DNA of 64,000 nt, from the NCBI GenBank assembly GCA_963747235.1, contig CAVVEU010000031.1:1-64000 (forward strand), written 5' to 3'. The stretch is from an uncultured Candidatus Rokubacteria bacterium. Lineage in GTDB: Bacteria > Methylomirabilota > Methylomirabilia > Rokubacteriales > CSP1-6. Shown here piece by piece: positions 10,600 through 19,903 of this stretch (within the stretch, counting starts at the first letter, position 1; every line of letters begins with the position of its first letter). A program made the translations under genes and the position numbers. Under the pieces are notes generated by a model that searched no databases, was not told the DNA's origin, and was given only the letters and a program-made list of their open reading frames with translations.

Positions 10600-11679
10600 T
10601 CAGCCCACGCGGTACTTCTTCTCCGCTCCCGGGGCCAGGGCCACGCCGTGGCCCGGCCGATCGGGGATGAGGAAGTCGCCGCCCTGCATGACCGGCATCT
10701 CGGCGAAGAGGTCCTCGGGCACCCAGTCGATCCACTCCACGAGGAAGCCGTTGCTCAGCGCGCCCGCCACCTGCAGCGACAGCTCGTGCACGACGTGGGG
10801 CGAGACGGCGAGCTGGTGGGCGGCGGCCAGGCGGCCGATCTTGAGCGTCTCGCTGAAGCCGTTGGCGCGGCAGAGATCGGGCATCAGGTAGCGCGCGGCG
10901 CCCCGCTCGATGAGGTCGCGGAACTCGAAGCGCGTGTAGTTGTTCTCGCCGGTGGCCACCGGGATGTTGATGCCGCGGGCCACCTCCGCGCACGCGGCGA
11001 GGTCGTCGGCCAGCACCGGCTCCTCGTACCAGACGAGGTCCAGATCCTCGAGCAGCCGCGCCTGGCGGAAGTTGCCGAGCACGTCGAGCTTCTGGTTGAC
11101 GTCCACCATGAGCCGGACGCCGTCGCCGACCGCCTTCTTCACCGCGAGCACGCGCTCCCGGTTGGCCCGCGGGTCGGGATCGTGGATCTTCAGCTTGTAG
11201 TAGCGGCAGCCTCGCGCCACGTACATCTCCGCCTCGCCGATCAGGTCGTCCAGCGAGTAGCTCGGCCATCCGCCGCTGCCGTAGGCAGGGACGCGGTCGG
11301 TGACCGCGCCCCAGAGCTTGTAGAGCGGCAGGCCCGCGGCCTTGCCGACGATGTCCCACAGCGCGATGTCGAGCGCGCTGAGCGCGTAGGCTGCGATGCC
11401 CTGCCGCTTGATGCCGCGATCCGCGCGGTACATGCGCTCCCAGAGCCGCTCCACCAGCAGCGGGTCCTGGCCCATCAGCAGCGGCGCGAGCCGCGTGTCG
11501 AGGTAGGCCTGGATGGACTCCACGCCCCCGCCGCCGAAGGCGAGCGTGTAGCCCAGGCCGGTGAGGCCCTCGTCGGTGCGGATGTGCGCGACGACCAGGC
11601 TGTGGTGCGGGAAGTCGAGCGCGATCGGCTTGCGGTTCGGGATGCGCAGCACGGCGCTATCGATGGCGGTGATTTTCAT
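10600..11679 (-). CDS. Mandelate racemase/muconate lactonizing enzyme family protein
   Basis: DIALWDIVGK, KLK, DVNQ, WYEEP, ATGEN, PH motifs. Confidence 0.9.
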   Translation of the reverse strand: MKITAIDSAVLRIPNRKPIALDFPHHSLVVAHIRTDEGLTGLGYTLAFGGGGVESIQAYLDTRLAPLLMGQDPLLVERLWERMYRADRGIKRQGIAAYALSALDIALWDIVGKAAGLPLYKLWGAVTDRVPAYGSGGWPSYSLDDLIGEAEMYVARGCRYYKLKIHDPDPRANRERVLAVKKAVGDGVRLMVDVNQKLDVLGNFRQARLLEDLDLVWYEEPVLADDLAACAEVARGINIPVATGENNYTRFEFRDLIERGAARYLMPDLCRANGFSETLKIGRLAAAHQLAVSPHVVHELSLQVAGALSNGFLVEWIDWVPEDLFAEMPVMQGGDFLIPDRPGHGVALAPGAEKKYRVG

Positions 11680-11866
11680 GGCCGTCATCCTAGGCTGGAC
11701 GGGTCCATGAGCGCAATGGGCGGTCGGCCCGCGATGGGTACCGGGTTGCCCTGAGTGAGCACCCGCGGCCTCTCACCGGAAGCGGCGAATCCCGCGCAAA
11801 TCCTGCCCGACGCGTCTCGTCCGCTTCAAGTACCGGAGTGATCTGGGATTTTCGCGTCTCGGCCCG

Positions 11867-11882
11867 TGGCATGGCCTTCGCT
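11867..11882 (+). promoter_or_regulatory. Putative sigma54 promoter of the PEP-CTERM gene
   Basis: TGGCAT-GGCCT-TCGCT, one mismatch in the -12 box. Confidence 0.5.
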
Positions 11883-11895
11883 ATTCCCTCTGGGC

Positions 11896-12633
11896 ATGCA
11901 GGACGCTGAACCTCTGCCCTCGCGTCACGGTCGACGGGGGCTGATTGCCCTCGCCATCCTGCTGCTGATCTTGCTGCCGCTCTACCTGTGGCCGCTCCGT
12001 GGCGGCCTGGGCGGCCTGCCGGGCGCCTCGGCGCTGCCCGGCCCGGTGCGCGATCCGCGCAGCGCGGCCGCCGTAGCGCAGATCCCGGGCGACGTGTGGG
12101 ACGCCCTGATGGGGCGTACCCACGCGCCGCCGCCGTCCCCTCCGCCGGCAAAGCCGCCGAGCAACCTGACCATGATCACCTCCGCGGAGGGCCTCCCGGG
12201 CAGCGGTCTCCCGGGCGATGAGAGTGACGCGACGCCCTCGGACAGCCCCACCGCTCTCGCGCGGGGCATGCTCGCCCAGCTCGGGTCATCGGATCTGTCG
12301 GATGGCAGTCCCGGGGGCGGGGCCGCGCCGTCCTCCCCGGTGGAGTTCGTGAGCACCCCCGGGGGCGGCACGGGGACTGGGGGCGCTCCGAGCGGGTTCG
12401 GGCCAGGCGGCTATCCCGGTCTCGGCAATCTCGGCCCTTGGCACGGCGGCGGGCCCGGTGGAGGGCCGCGCGTCTCGAGCCTGGCGCCGACGCTCGATCC
12501 GGGCGATCCGGGGGACCTGGCGCCGACACCCGAGCCGGCCACGCTTCTGCTCGTCGGGTCCAATCTCGCACTACTGGGTGCGGCCGCCTGGAGGCGCTGC
12601 CGCCGCCGGTTGGGGATTCTGCCGATCGGCTGA
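11896..12633 (+). CDS. PEP-CTERM sorting domain protein, Gly/Pro/Ser-rich
   Basis: C-terminal PTPEPATLLLVGSNLALLGAAAWRRCRRR (PEP, TM helix, basic tail). N-terminal hydrophobic helix. Confidence 0.8.
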   Translation: MQDAEPLPSRHGRRGLIALAILLLILLPLYLWPLRGGLGGLPGASALPGPVRDPRSAAAVAQIPGDVWDALMGRTHAPPPSPPPAKPPSNLTMITSAEGLPGSGLPGDESDATPSDSPTALARGMLAQLGSSDLSDGSPGGGAAPSSPVEFVSTPGGGTGTGGAPSGFGPGGYPGLGNLGPWHGGGPGGGPRVSSLAPTLDPGDPGDLAPTPEPATLLLVGSNLALLGAAAWRRCRRRLGILPIG

Positions 12634-12734
12634 CGCGATTTCGGTGACAAGATTTGGAGCTTCAGCAACCACCTTTTGGCGTCGGCCCCCGATCCTGAAG
12701 CGTGTAAGTCCCCGCCCGCATTGCAATCCTTCGA

Positions 12735-12750
12735 TGGCACACGCGTTGCG
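12735..12750 (+). promoter_or_regulatory. Sigma54 promoter upstream of the sigma54 activator
   Basis: TGGCAC-ACGCG-TTGCG, near-consensus. Confidence 0.7.
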
Positions 12751-12794
12751 TGGAACCGTCTGCGTAGCGCAAATCCTTCGAGGAGCGCAAAACT

Positions 12795-14253
12795 GTGAAT
12801 GTCCTGATTCTTGACGAGACCTTGGAGCTGTCGGCTCCGGTGCGCGGGCTCGCGACGCTATATGGGTGGGAGCCGCACTTCGTCGGCTCACTGCATGAGC
12901 TGGAGATGGCGATCCGGGCGCACGGGCGGCCGGCGCTGGTGATCGTGAACCTGCAGGCGCCCCTGACGGCCTGGGAGCTGGGCCAGCGGCTGCGCGGCCT
13001 CGAGGGCGACAGCCCGGTGGTGGTCCTGGGGCCTCGCGATAGCGCGGACGCCCCACCGCCTCTCCCCGGCGTGCAGTGGCTGGAGCGGCCGGCGGAGGAA
13101 GCGGAGCTGACGGCGGCGCTGGGGCGCGTGGTCAGTCGCCTGGGGCTTGGCGGTCGGCGGCTGGGATCCGGCGGCGGAGCGGCGGCCCACGGGCTGATCG
13201 GGCAGTCGCCGCAGCTGGCGGAGGTGCTGGCGAAGATCGAGAAGGTGGCGGCCGGGGACGCGAACGTGTGCATCTCGGGGGAGTCGGGGACGGGCAAGGA
13301 GCTGATCGCGCGGGCGATTCACGAGCAGAGCGCGCGGGGGGACCGGCCGCTGGTGACGCTGGACTGCACGGCGATTCCGGAGGGGCTGATGGAGAGCCAC
13401 TTGTTCGGGCACGTCCGGGGCAGCTTCACGGGGGCGGTGGAGCACCGGACGGGGTTCTTCGCGCTGGCGCACACGGGGACGCTGTTCATCGACGAGATCA
13501 GCGAGCTGTCGATGCCGTTGCAGGCGAAGCTGTTGCGGGTGATCCAGACGCGGGAGTTCGTGAAGGTGGGGGGGAGCAAGCCGACGCGGACGGACATTCG
13601 GCTGATCACGGCGTCGAACAAGGATCTGCGGCGGGCGGTGCGGGAGGGGCAGTTTCGGGAGGACTCTGTACTACCGGATCGCGGTGGTGATGATCGAGGT
13701 GCCGCCGCTGCGGGCGCGGCGGGGGGACATTGGGCTGCTGGTGGAGCATTTCCTGCGGAAGTTTGCGGCGGCGCACCACAAGCGGGTGCCGCGGCTGACG
13801 GGGCGGGCGACGGAGCTGCTGCTGGGGGCGGAGTGGCCGGGCAATGTGCGGCAGCTGGAGAACTGCATCGAGCAGGCGGTGGTCCTGAGCGAGAACGATA
13901 CCATCGACGTCGACGTGCTCCCGCTCGCGGAGGCGGCCGGCAAGCGCGGCGACTCCGGCAAGCCGGGGCTGCCGGCGGGGCTGACGCTGCGGGACCTGGA
14001 GCAGCAGTACATTCTCCAGACGCTCGACGGCGTGGGCGGCAATCGCACGCAGGCGGCGCGGCAGCTCGGGATCAGCCTGCGTTGCCTGCAGTACAAGCTG
14101 AAGGCCTACCGGCACGCGGAAGCGCTCACGCGCTCGGACGGGAGCGCGGCCGAGGGGTCGCGCATCACGCCCCCGGGCTCGTCGCGGCGCGCGGTGTCCT
14201 CGCTCAACGACGTGCTCTCCATCGGCGATCGCCGGCGCATGCTGATGTCCTGA
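12795..14253 (+). CDS. Sigma54-dependent Fis-family activator with degenerate receiver domain (frameshift near 13665)
   Basis: GESGTGKE, ESHLFGHVRGSFTGA, LFIDEI, WPGNVRQLEN, HTH GNRTQAARQLGIS. Confidence 0.9.
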
Positions 14254-14255
14254 GC

Positions 14256-14275
14256 GGCGGCCCTTCGGGGCCGCC
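14256..14275 (+). terminator. GC hairpin with cUUCGg tetraloop after the activator gene
   Basis: GGCGGCCC-TTCG-GGGCCGCC, with a weak U-tract. Confidence 0.5.
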
Positions 14276-14319
14276 CTCGGCTTGTCGCCCCGCCCTCACC
14301 GGGGTATTCTCGGCGGGCG

Positions 14320-15612
14320 GTGACCGGAGTCCTTCCCGCTCCACCCCACGAATCCGACGACGGCGAATCCTTCGCGCGCCGTCACGTCCGCCACAACGTC
14401 GTCACCCTGAGCGTCGATCTCGGCCTCTTCCTCGTCGGGCTATCGTTCGCGTCGCAGAGCACGATCCTGCCTGCCTTCGCCGCCCATCTGGGCGCCTCCA
14501 ACCTCGTCATCGGCGCGATCCCGGCGCTGATGACGCTCGGATGGAATCTCCCGTCGCTGTTCTGGGCGGGCTACACCGAATCGCTCGCCCGGAAGCTGCC
14601 CTTCGTGTTGCGCTACACGATCTGGGAGCGGCTGCCGTTCCTCGGCCTGGCCGCGGTCGCGTTCTTCCTGGCCCGCCCGGCGCCCGGGCTCTCGCTCGCT
14701 CTGATGCTGGGCATGCTGCTCCTGATCACCGGCGTGGGCGGCGTCCTGATGCCGGCGTGGATGGACATCGTGGCCCGCGCGGTGCCGGTGGGACTCCGCG
14801 GACGCTTCTTCGCCGTCTCGAACCTGCTGGGCGGCGCGGGCGGCCTGCTGGGCAGCGTGCTCGTCGCGTGGGTGCTCGCGCGGATGCCGGCGCCCGACGG
14901 CTACGCGGTGTGCTTCCTCATGGCGGCGCTGTGCGTGGGCCTGTCCTACGCGGCGCTCGCGCGGGTGCGCGAGCCGCGGGCGCCCGCGGTGGAGGGCGCT
15001 CCGCCGCTCGGCGCCTACCTGCGGCGCGCCGGCCGGCTGCTGCGCGAGGATCGGAACCTGCGCTGGTTCCTCCTCTCCCGCGCGCTCATCTACGTCGGCA
15101 TGATGGCGTCCGGGTTCTACACCGTGTTCGCCCTCCGCCACTACGCGGCGCCGGACTGGGCGGTGGGCGTGTTCACCACGGCCCTCCTCGCGGGGCAGAT
15201 GACCGGCAACCTGGCGCTGGGCGCCCTCGCCGATCGCGCCGGGCATCTGGCGTCGCTCGGCATCGGGGCGGGGGCGCTCCTGCTCGCCAATGTCGCGGCG
15301 CTGCTCGTGCCGTCGCTCGAGCTGTTCATCGTCGTGTTCGCCCTGCAGGGCGTCCACCTGGCCGCGATGAACGTCTCGGGCCTGAGCGTGCTGCTCGAGT
15401 TCGCGCCGAGCCCGGCCGCGCGGCCCACCTACGTGGGGCTCGGCACCACCCTGCTGACGCCGGTGGCCTTCGGCGCCCCGCTCATGGCCGGGCTCATGGC
15501 CGACGCCCTCGGGTTTCCGGCGGTGTTCGTGGTGGCGGCGCTGGGGAGCCTGGCCGGGCTCGCCCTGCTGCTGGGACGGGTGCGCGAGCCCCGGCGGCCC
15601 GCCCTGCCGTGA
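14320..15612 (+). CDS. MFS transporter
   Basis: About 12 hydrophobic segments, GALADRAGH loop motif. Confidence 0.85.
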   Translation: MTGVLPAPPHESDDGESFARRHVRHNVVTLSVDLGLFLVGLSFASQSTILPAFAAHLGASNLVIGAIPALMTLGWNLPSLFWAGYTESLARKLPFVLRYTIWERLPFLGLAAVAFFLARPAPGLSLALMLGMLLLITGVGGVLMPAWMDIVARAVPVGLRGRFFAVSNLLGGAGGLLGSVLVAWVLARMPAPDGYAVCFLMAALCVGLSYAALARVREPRAPAVEGAPPLGAYLRRAGRLLREDRNLRWFLLSRALIYVGMMASGFYTVFALRHYAAPDWAVGVFTTALLAGQMTGNLALGALADRAGHLASLGIGAGALLLANVAALLVPSLELFIVVFALQGVHLAAMNVSGLSVLLEFAPSPAARPTYVGLGTTLLTPVAFGAPLMAGLMADALGFPAVFVVAALGSLAGLALLLGRVREPRRPALP

Positions 15613-15671
15613 TATCTTCGGCGGGCCGGGAACCTCGGAGTCCAATCGATGGTTTTGAGGCATAACGTGAG

Positions 15672-16553
15672 ATGGCGCCCATACTCTATCTTTCGGTCCT
15701 GCTGCTGATGGTCGCCGCCTCGGACGCGGCCGCCCAGACCACTCGGGAGCAGATCGCCCGGGGCAAGTACGTCTTCGGCGCGGCGGCGGGCTGCGGCTGC
15801 CACACCGTGGCGAAGCAGCCGCTCAACGCGGGCGGCCGCAAGTACGACGGGCCGTTCGGGACCGTGTACTCCTCGAACATCACGCCGGACCCCACCACCG
15901 GGATCGGCAAGTGGACGGACGAGCAGATCATCACCGCCACGCGGCTGGGGCGCCGGCCGAACGGCGAGCGGCTCATCCCGGTGCATCCCTACACCGTGTT
16001 CAACGGCATGACCGAGCAGGACCTGAAGGACGTGGTCGTCTATCTGCGCTCGGTCCCCCCGGTCAATCGCGCGACGCCGGCCAAGAAGATCTCGGTCCCG
16101 CTGTTCGAGAGCGTGTTCCTGCCGGCCTGGCTGGCCACCTTCGCGGCGGTCGAGACGCCGCCCAAGTCGGCGGCGACCTCGGGGGTCGCGCGCGGGGAGT
16201 ACCTGACGCGCGCGGTATCCCACTGCGGTGAGTGCCACACGCCCCGGACCATGACGATGGCGGTGGACAATACCCGCTTCCTGGCCGGGAACCAGAAGGG
16301 CAAGGGCCCGGAAGGCTCCGCGGTGCCGAACATCACGCCGGATCGCGAGACGGGACTCGGGAGCTGGACCGAAGAGCAGATCACCGACTACCTCGAATCG
16401 GGGAACAAGCCCGATGGAGACGTATCGGGCGGGCTGATGATGGAGGTCATCCAGGGCTCTTCGGCGGGCTACAAGGACCTGACCAAGGCCGATCGGCAGG
16501 CCATCGCCAAGTACCTGAAATCCATCCCGGCCATCAAGAACAGGATCGAGTAG
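15672..16553 (+). CDS. Periplasmic dihaem cytochrome c (dehydrogenase cytochrome-subunit-like)
   Basis: Signal peptide, ARGKY..GCGCHT and ARGEY..HCGECHTPR, two NITPD..TG.G.WT repeats. Confidence 0.9.
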   Translation: MAPILYLSVLLLMVAASDAAAQTTREQIARGKYVFGAAAGCGCHTVAKQPLNAGGRKYDGPFGTVYSSNITPDPTTGIGKWTDEQIITATRLGRRPNGERLIPVHPYTVFNGMTEQDLKDVVVYLRSVPPVNRATPAKKISVPLFESVFLPAWLATFAAVETPPKSAATSGVARGEYLTRAVSHCGECHTPRTMTMAVDNTRFLAGNQKGKGPEGSAVPNITPDRETGLGSWTEEQITDYLESGNKPDGDVSGGLMMEVIQGSSAGYKDLTKADRQAIAKYLKSIPAIKNRIE

Positions 16554-16618
16554 GGTCAACCTTCACCAGCCGGACGGCCAGCCGCGGAAGCGCGCCCCGA
16601 TCCGCCAGAGGAGGCACG

Positions 16619-17111
16619 ATGAACGGACGACTGAGACTCACCGCCAGCGTGATCGTCACTGCCAGCTTGGTCATCGGAGTCGCCGCCGGATGCGCCACCC
16701 AGTCCGCGTCGAAGATGGGGAGCGGCGACGTGGTCGCGGATCGCCAGCGCCTGATGAAGTCGGTCGGGCGCCAACTGGGGAGACATCCAGGCCAAGGCGA
16801 AGGCCGGCAACATCGAGGGTGTCGCGGTGAACGCGGAGGTGCTCGCCCTCTACTCGCAGCAGATCGCGGCCCTGTTCCCGGCGGGCTCGGGCACCGAGAA
16901 GTCGAAGGCGAAGCCGGAGGTCTGGCAGAAGTGGCCCGAGTTCGAGGCCGCGGCCAAGAATCTCGGCGTGCAGGCCGAGAAGCTTCGCGACGCGGCCCGG
17001 GCCAAGAACGAGCAGCTCACGCAGGATCTCGTGAAGGACTTCGGCCGCCAGGCCTGTGGCACCTGCCACACTCCGTTCCGCCAGCCTCCGCCGGCCGCCC
17101 CGCGCTCGTAA
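16619..17111 (+). CDS. Class II cytochrome c (c'/c556-like), probable lipoprotein (frameshift near 16765)
   Basis: SD GAGGAGG, lipobox VAAGC, RQRLMK, LFPAGS, AKPEVW, C-terminal CGTCH. Confidence 0.85.
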
Positions 17112-17133
17112 CGCTCCGTTCCGCCGCATTCAT

Positions 17134-17182
17134 CGGGGCCGGCGCCACCCGCCACCAGGGTGGGCCGGCCCCGTGGTTTGTC
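17134..17182 (+). terminator. Probable intrinsic terminator
   Basis: CGGGGCCGGC-G-CCACCC/GGGTGG-GCCGGCCCCG stem followed by TGGTTTGTC. Confidence 0.55.
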
Positions 17183-17204
17183 TGCTAGACTCGCCGATAG
17201 ACAG

Positions 17205-18278
17205 ATGGCGCACCCGTTCAAGGTGCTCGTCGTCGACGACGAGCCGGAGATCGTCAAGTACGTCGAGCACGTCCTCCGCCGGCTCGGCTATGAGCCGATC
17301 GGCGCCGCCAACGGCGAGGAGGCCGTCCAGAAGGCGATCAACGACCCGCCGGACCTGGTCATTCTCGACGTCATGATGCCGCGCATGGACGGCTTCGCGG
17401 TCTGCCGGACCCTGCGGGAGCGCGAGGCGACCCGGCTCGTGCCGGTGATCATCATGACCGCGCTGCAGGGCGTGGAGAATCGCGTGAAGCTCCTCGAGCA
17501 CGGCGCCGACGACGTGCTCACCAAGCCGGTGGACGAGCGCGAGCTGATCGCCCGGGTGCAGGCCGTGCTGGCCCGCAAGCGCGACGTGGATCAGCGCCTG
17601 GGCGAGGTCACGCGCGTCCGCGACCACTTCGCCAAGTTCGTGCCCGACGCGGTCAAGCGCTTGGTCGCGGCCAATCCCGACGCGCCGGAGCTGGCCAAGC
17701 AGGAGCTCGACGTCACCGTGCTCTTCGTGGACATCAGCGGCTACAGCCGCCTGGCCGAGCGCGTCTCCCCGTGGATCTCAACGCGCTCGTGGAGCGGTAC
17801 TTCGGCAGCTTCCTGGACCGCATCACCGACGCGGGCGGCGACATCAACGAGACGTCGGGCGACGGCTTCATGGCGATCTTCCAGGACGGCGACCCCACCG
17901 CCCACGGCGCGCGGGCGGTGAACGCGGGACTGATGCTGCTCGCCCTCACCGAGGCGCTCAACCAGAAGGAGGCTCGACAATCCGCTCGCGATCCACATCG
18001 GGATCAACTCGGGGCCGGCCCTGGTCGGCTCCACGCGCTTCGAGGGCCGCCGCGGCACCCGGTGGACCTTCACCGCGAGCGGCATGGTCACCACGCTGGC
18101 CGCGCGGCTCGCCGCCGCGGCGGGCGACGGCGAGATCCTGGCGGGCCCGGAAACGGTGCGCCGCCTCGGCGGGCGCTACCGCCTCGAGCGGGTGGGGAAC
18201 GAGCGGCTGAAGAACATCACCGAGGCCATCGAGGTCCACCGCATCATCTCGCCCCCCTCGAAGGCCGTGCTTCACTGA
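17205..18278 (+). CDS. Response regulator fused to class III nucleotide cyclase (frameshifts near 17770 and 17975)
   Basis: REC (VVDDE, LDVMMP, TKP), then LFVDISGYS, NETSGDGFMA, HIGINSG, LAARL. Confidence 0.85.
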
Positions 18279-18723
18279 CCCATTCCTGCGGCTCGAAGCC
18301 CGAGGATGAGCGGGCGGGAAGCGAGAGGACGCGCACTCTGACCGGGATGACGCCGGGGCCCACCGCGCCCAGAAGGCGGCCGGCCGCGTAGGAGACGTCG
18401 AGGATGCGGCCCTCCACGAAGGGGCCGCGATCGTTGACCCGCACCTCGGCGGACTGGCTCGTGTCGCGGTTGGTCACCAGGAGGCGCGTGCCGAAGGGCA
18501 GCGTCCGGTGCGCGGCGGTGAGCCGGTTCATGTCGAACACCTCTCCGCTGGCCGTCCGGCGGCCGTGGTGGGCCGCCCCGTACCAGGAGGCCATCCCCAC
18601 CTCCTCCATGCCCGCGGCGGGCGGGACGGAGGGCGTGGTCATGACCGCGCGGGAGCAGCCGGCCAGCCAGGCCAGCGCCGTGAACGCCACCACCAGCGGG
18701 AGATGCCCCCGGGCGCTTGCCAT
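18244..18723 (-). CDS. rlpA: RlpA family lytic transglycosylase lipoprotein
   Basis: Lipobox LAGC, GMASWYG, TASGE, TAAHRTLPFGT, VNDRGPF, DVSYAA. Confidence 0.9.
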   Translation of the reverse strand: MASARGHLPLVVAFTALAWLAGCSRAVMTTPSVPPAAGMEEVGMASWYGAAHHGRRTASGEVFDMNRLTAAHRTLPFGTRLLVTNRDTSQSAEVRVNDRGPFVEGRILDVSYAAGRLLGAVGPGVIPVRVRVLSLPARSSSGFEPQEWVSEARPSRGAR

Positions 18724-18867
18724 GGCAGTCCTATCCTGCCATCGGGGTCGGGTCTAGGCCAGGGGCCGTCACCGGCCGGGTTGGGGGCCTTGTCTTGATC
18801 GGGGTTTCCTGATACTCAAGTAGCCCAGCTTTCAATGGCCAGAATCATCCGGCAGGCGGCCTGAATC

Positions 18868-19065
18868 GTGCGGCTCAAGCGCCAGGACGTGGAGCGCATG
18901 ATGGACGAGCGGCCGGCCGGCAGCTCGCTCGAGGAAGCGCTCGAGGTGTTCGAGGTCTTCGCCAGCGGTAGCCTCGCGGACGAGGTCTACGTGCTCGACG
19001 ACGTCGGGGGCAAGCGCATCGCCATCGCCCCCGCCGCGCTGAAGGCGAAGTACCGGAAGGAGTGA
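18868..19065 (+). CDS. Small hypothetical protein
   Basis: 65 aa with host codon usage. Its end carries the SD of the next gene. Confidence 0.65.
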   Translation: MRLKRQDVERMMDERPAGSSLEEALEVFEVFASGSLADEVYVLDDVGGKRIAIAPAALKAKYRKE

Positions 19066-19071
19066 CACGCC

Positions 19072-19899
19072 ATGGCCATCATCACCATGTCTCACGAGAT
19101 CGGCGCGGGCGGACCGGAGATCGGCCAGCAGCTGGCGGACCGGCTGGGTTACCGCTACGTGGACCAGGACCTCGTCTCCAACGCGGCCCAGAAGTACGGG
19201 CTGCTCGAGGAGAAGCTCTCGCATCTCGATGAGTCGAAGCCCTCGCTCTTCGAGCGCTTCGACGCGGAGACGCGCCGCTACATCACGGTGATCCAGACCG
19301 CGCTCTACGATTTCGCCGAGAAGGACAACGTGGTGCTGATGGGGCGCGGCGGGCAGTGGCTCCTGCGCGGCATCCCCCACGTGCTGCGCGTGCGGGTCAT
19401 GGCGCCGTTCGACGTGCGGGTCAAGCGGCTCACCAAGAAGCTGGCCGGGCCGATGGGCGAGCAGACCAACCCGCGCACCGTCTCGGAGCTCGTGCGCCGC
19501 GACGACGCCGAGAAGGCCGGGCGCATGCGGTACCTCTACGAGGTCGGCATCACCGATCCGGCGCTCTATGACCTGGTCGTCAACACCGAGAAGCTCCTGA
19601 CGACGGCGGTGGTGGGCCTGCTCGCGGGTGTGGTGGGTCAGCCCGAGCTGGCCGCGACGCCGGCGAGCTCGCAGCTCGTGGCCGACCGCTCGCTCGCCTC
19701 CCGGGTGCAGGTGGCGCTGGCCACGCATCCGGAGACGCGCAAGTACCGCATCTCGGTCGAGGCGCGCGCCGGTGTGGTGACTCTCGAGGGCACCGCGGTC
19801 ATGGACGAGGCGATGGACGTGGCTCGCGGGGTCGAGGGCGTGCACGAGGTGAAGGCGCGGCAGATGGAGCTGCCCCCGATCCCGCCCTTCGTCGCGTAG
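19072..19899 (+). CDS. Cytidylate kinase-like family protein with C-terminal BON domain
   Basis: IITMSHEIGAGG, VVLMGRGG, YDLVVNT, then ISVEARAGVVTLEG. Confidence 0.85.
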   Translation: MAIITMSHEIGAGGPEIGQQLADRLGYRYVDQDLVSNAAQKYGLLEEKLSHLDESKPSLFERFDAETRRYITVIQTALYDFAEKDNVVLMGRGGQWLLRGIPHVLRVRVMAPFDVRVKRLTKKLAGPMGEQTNPRTVSELVRRDDAEKAGRMRYLYEVGITDPALYDLVVNTEKLLTTAVVGLLAGVVGQPELAATPASSQLVADRSLASRVQVALATHPETRKYRISVEARAGVVTLEGTAVMDEAMDVARGVEGVHEVKARQMELPPIPPFVA

Positions 19900-19903
19900 C
19901 GCG

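Noticed and set aside
18835-18870. ATG 18835 in frame with the 65-aa ORF across a single TGA (possible readthrough, selenocysteine or uORF)
   Set aside because: No SECIS-like hairpin or redox motif is evident, and the upstream 9 codons have no independent support.
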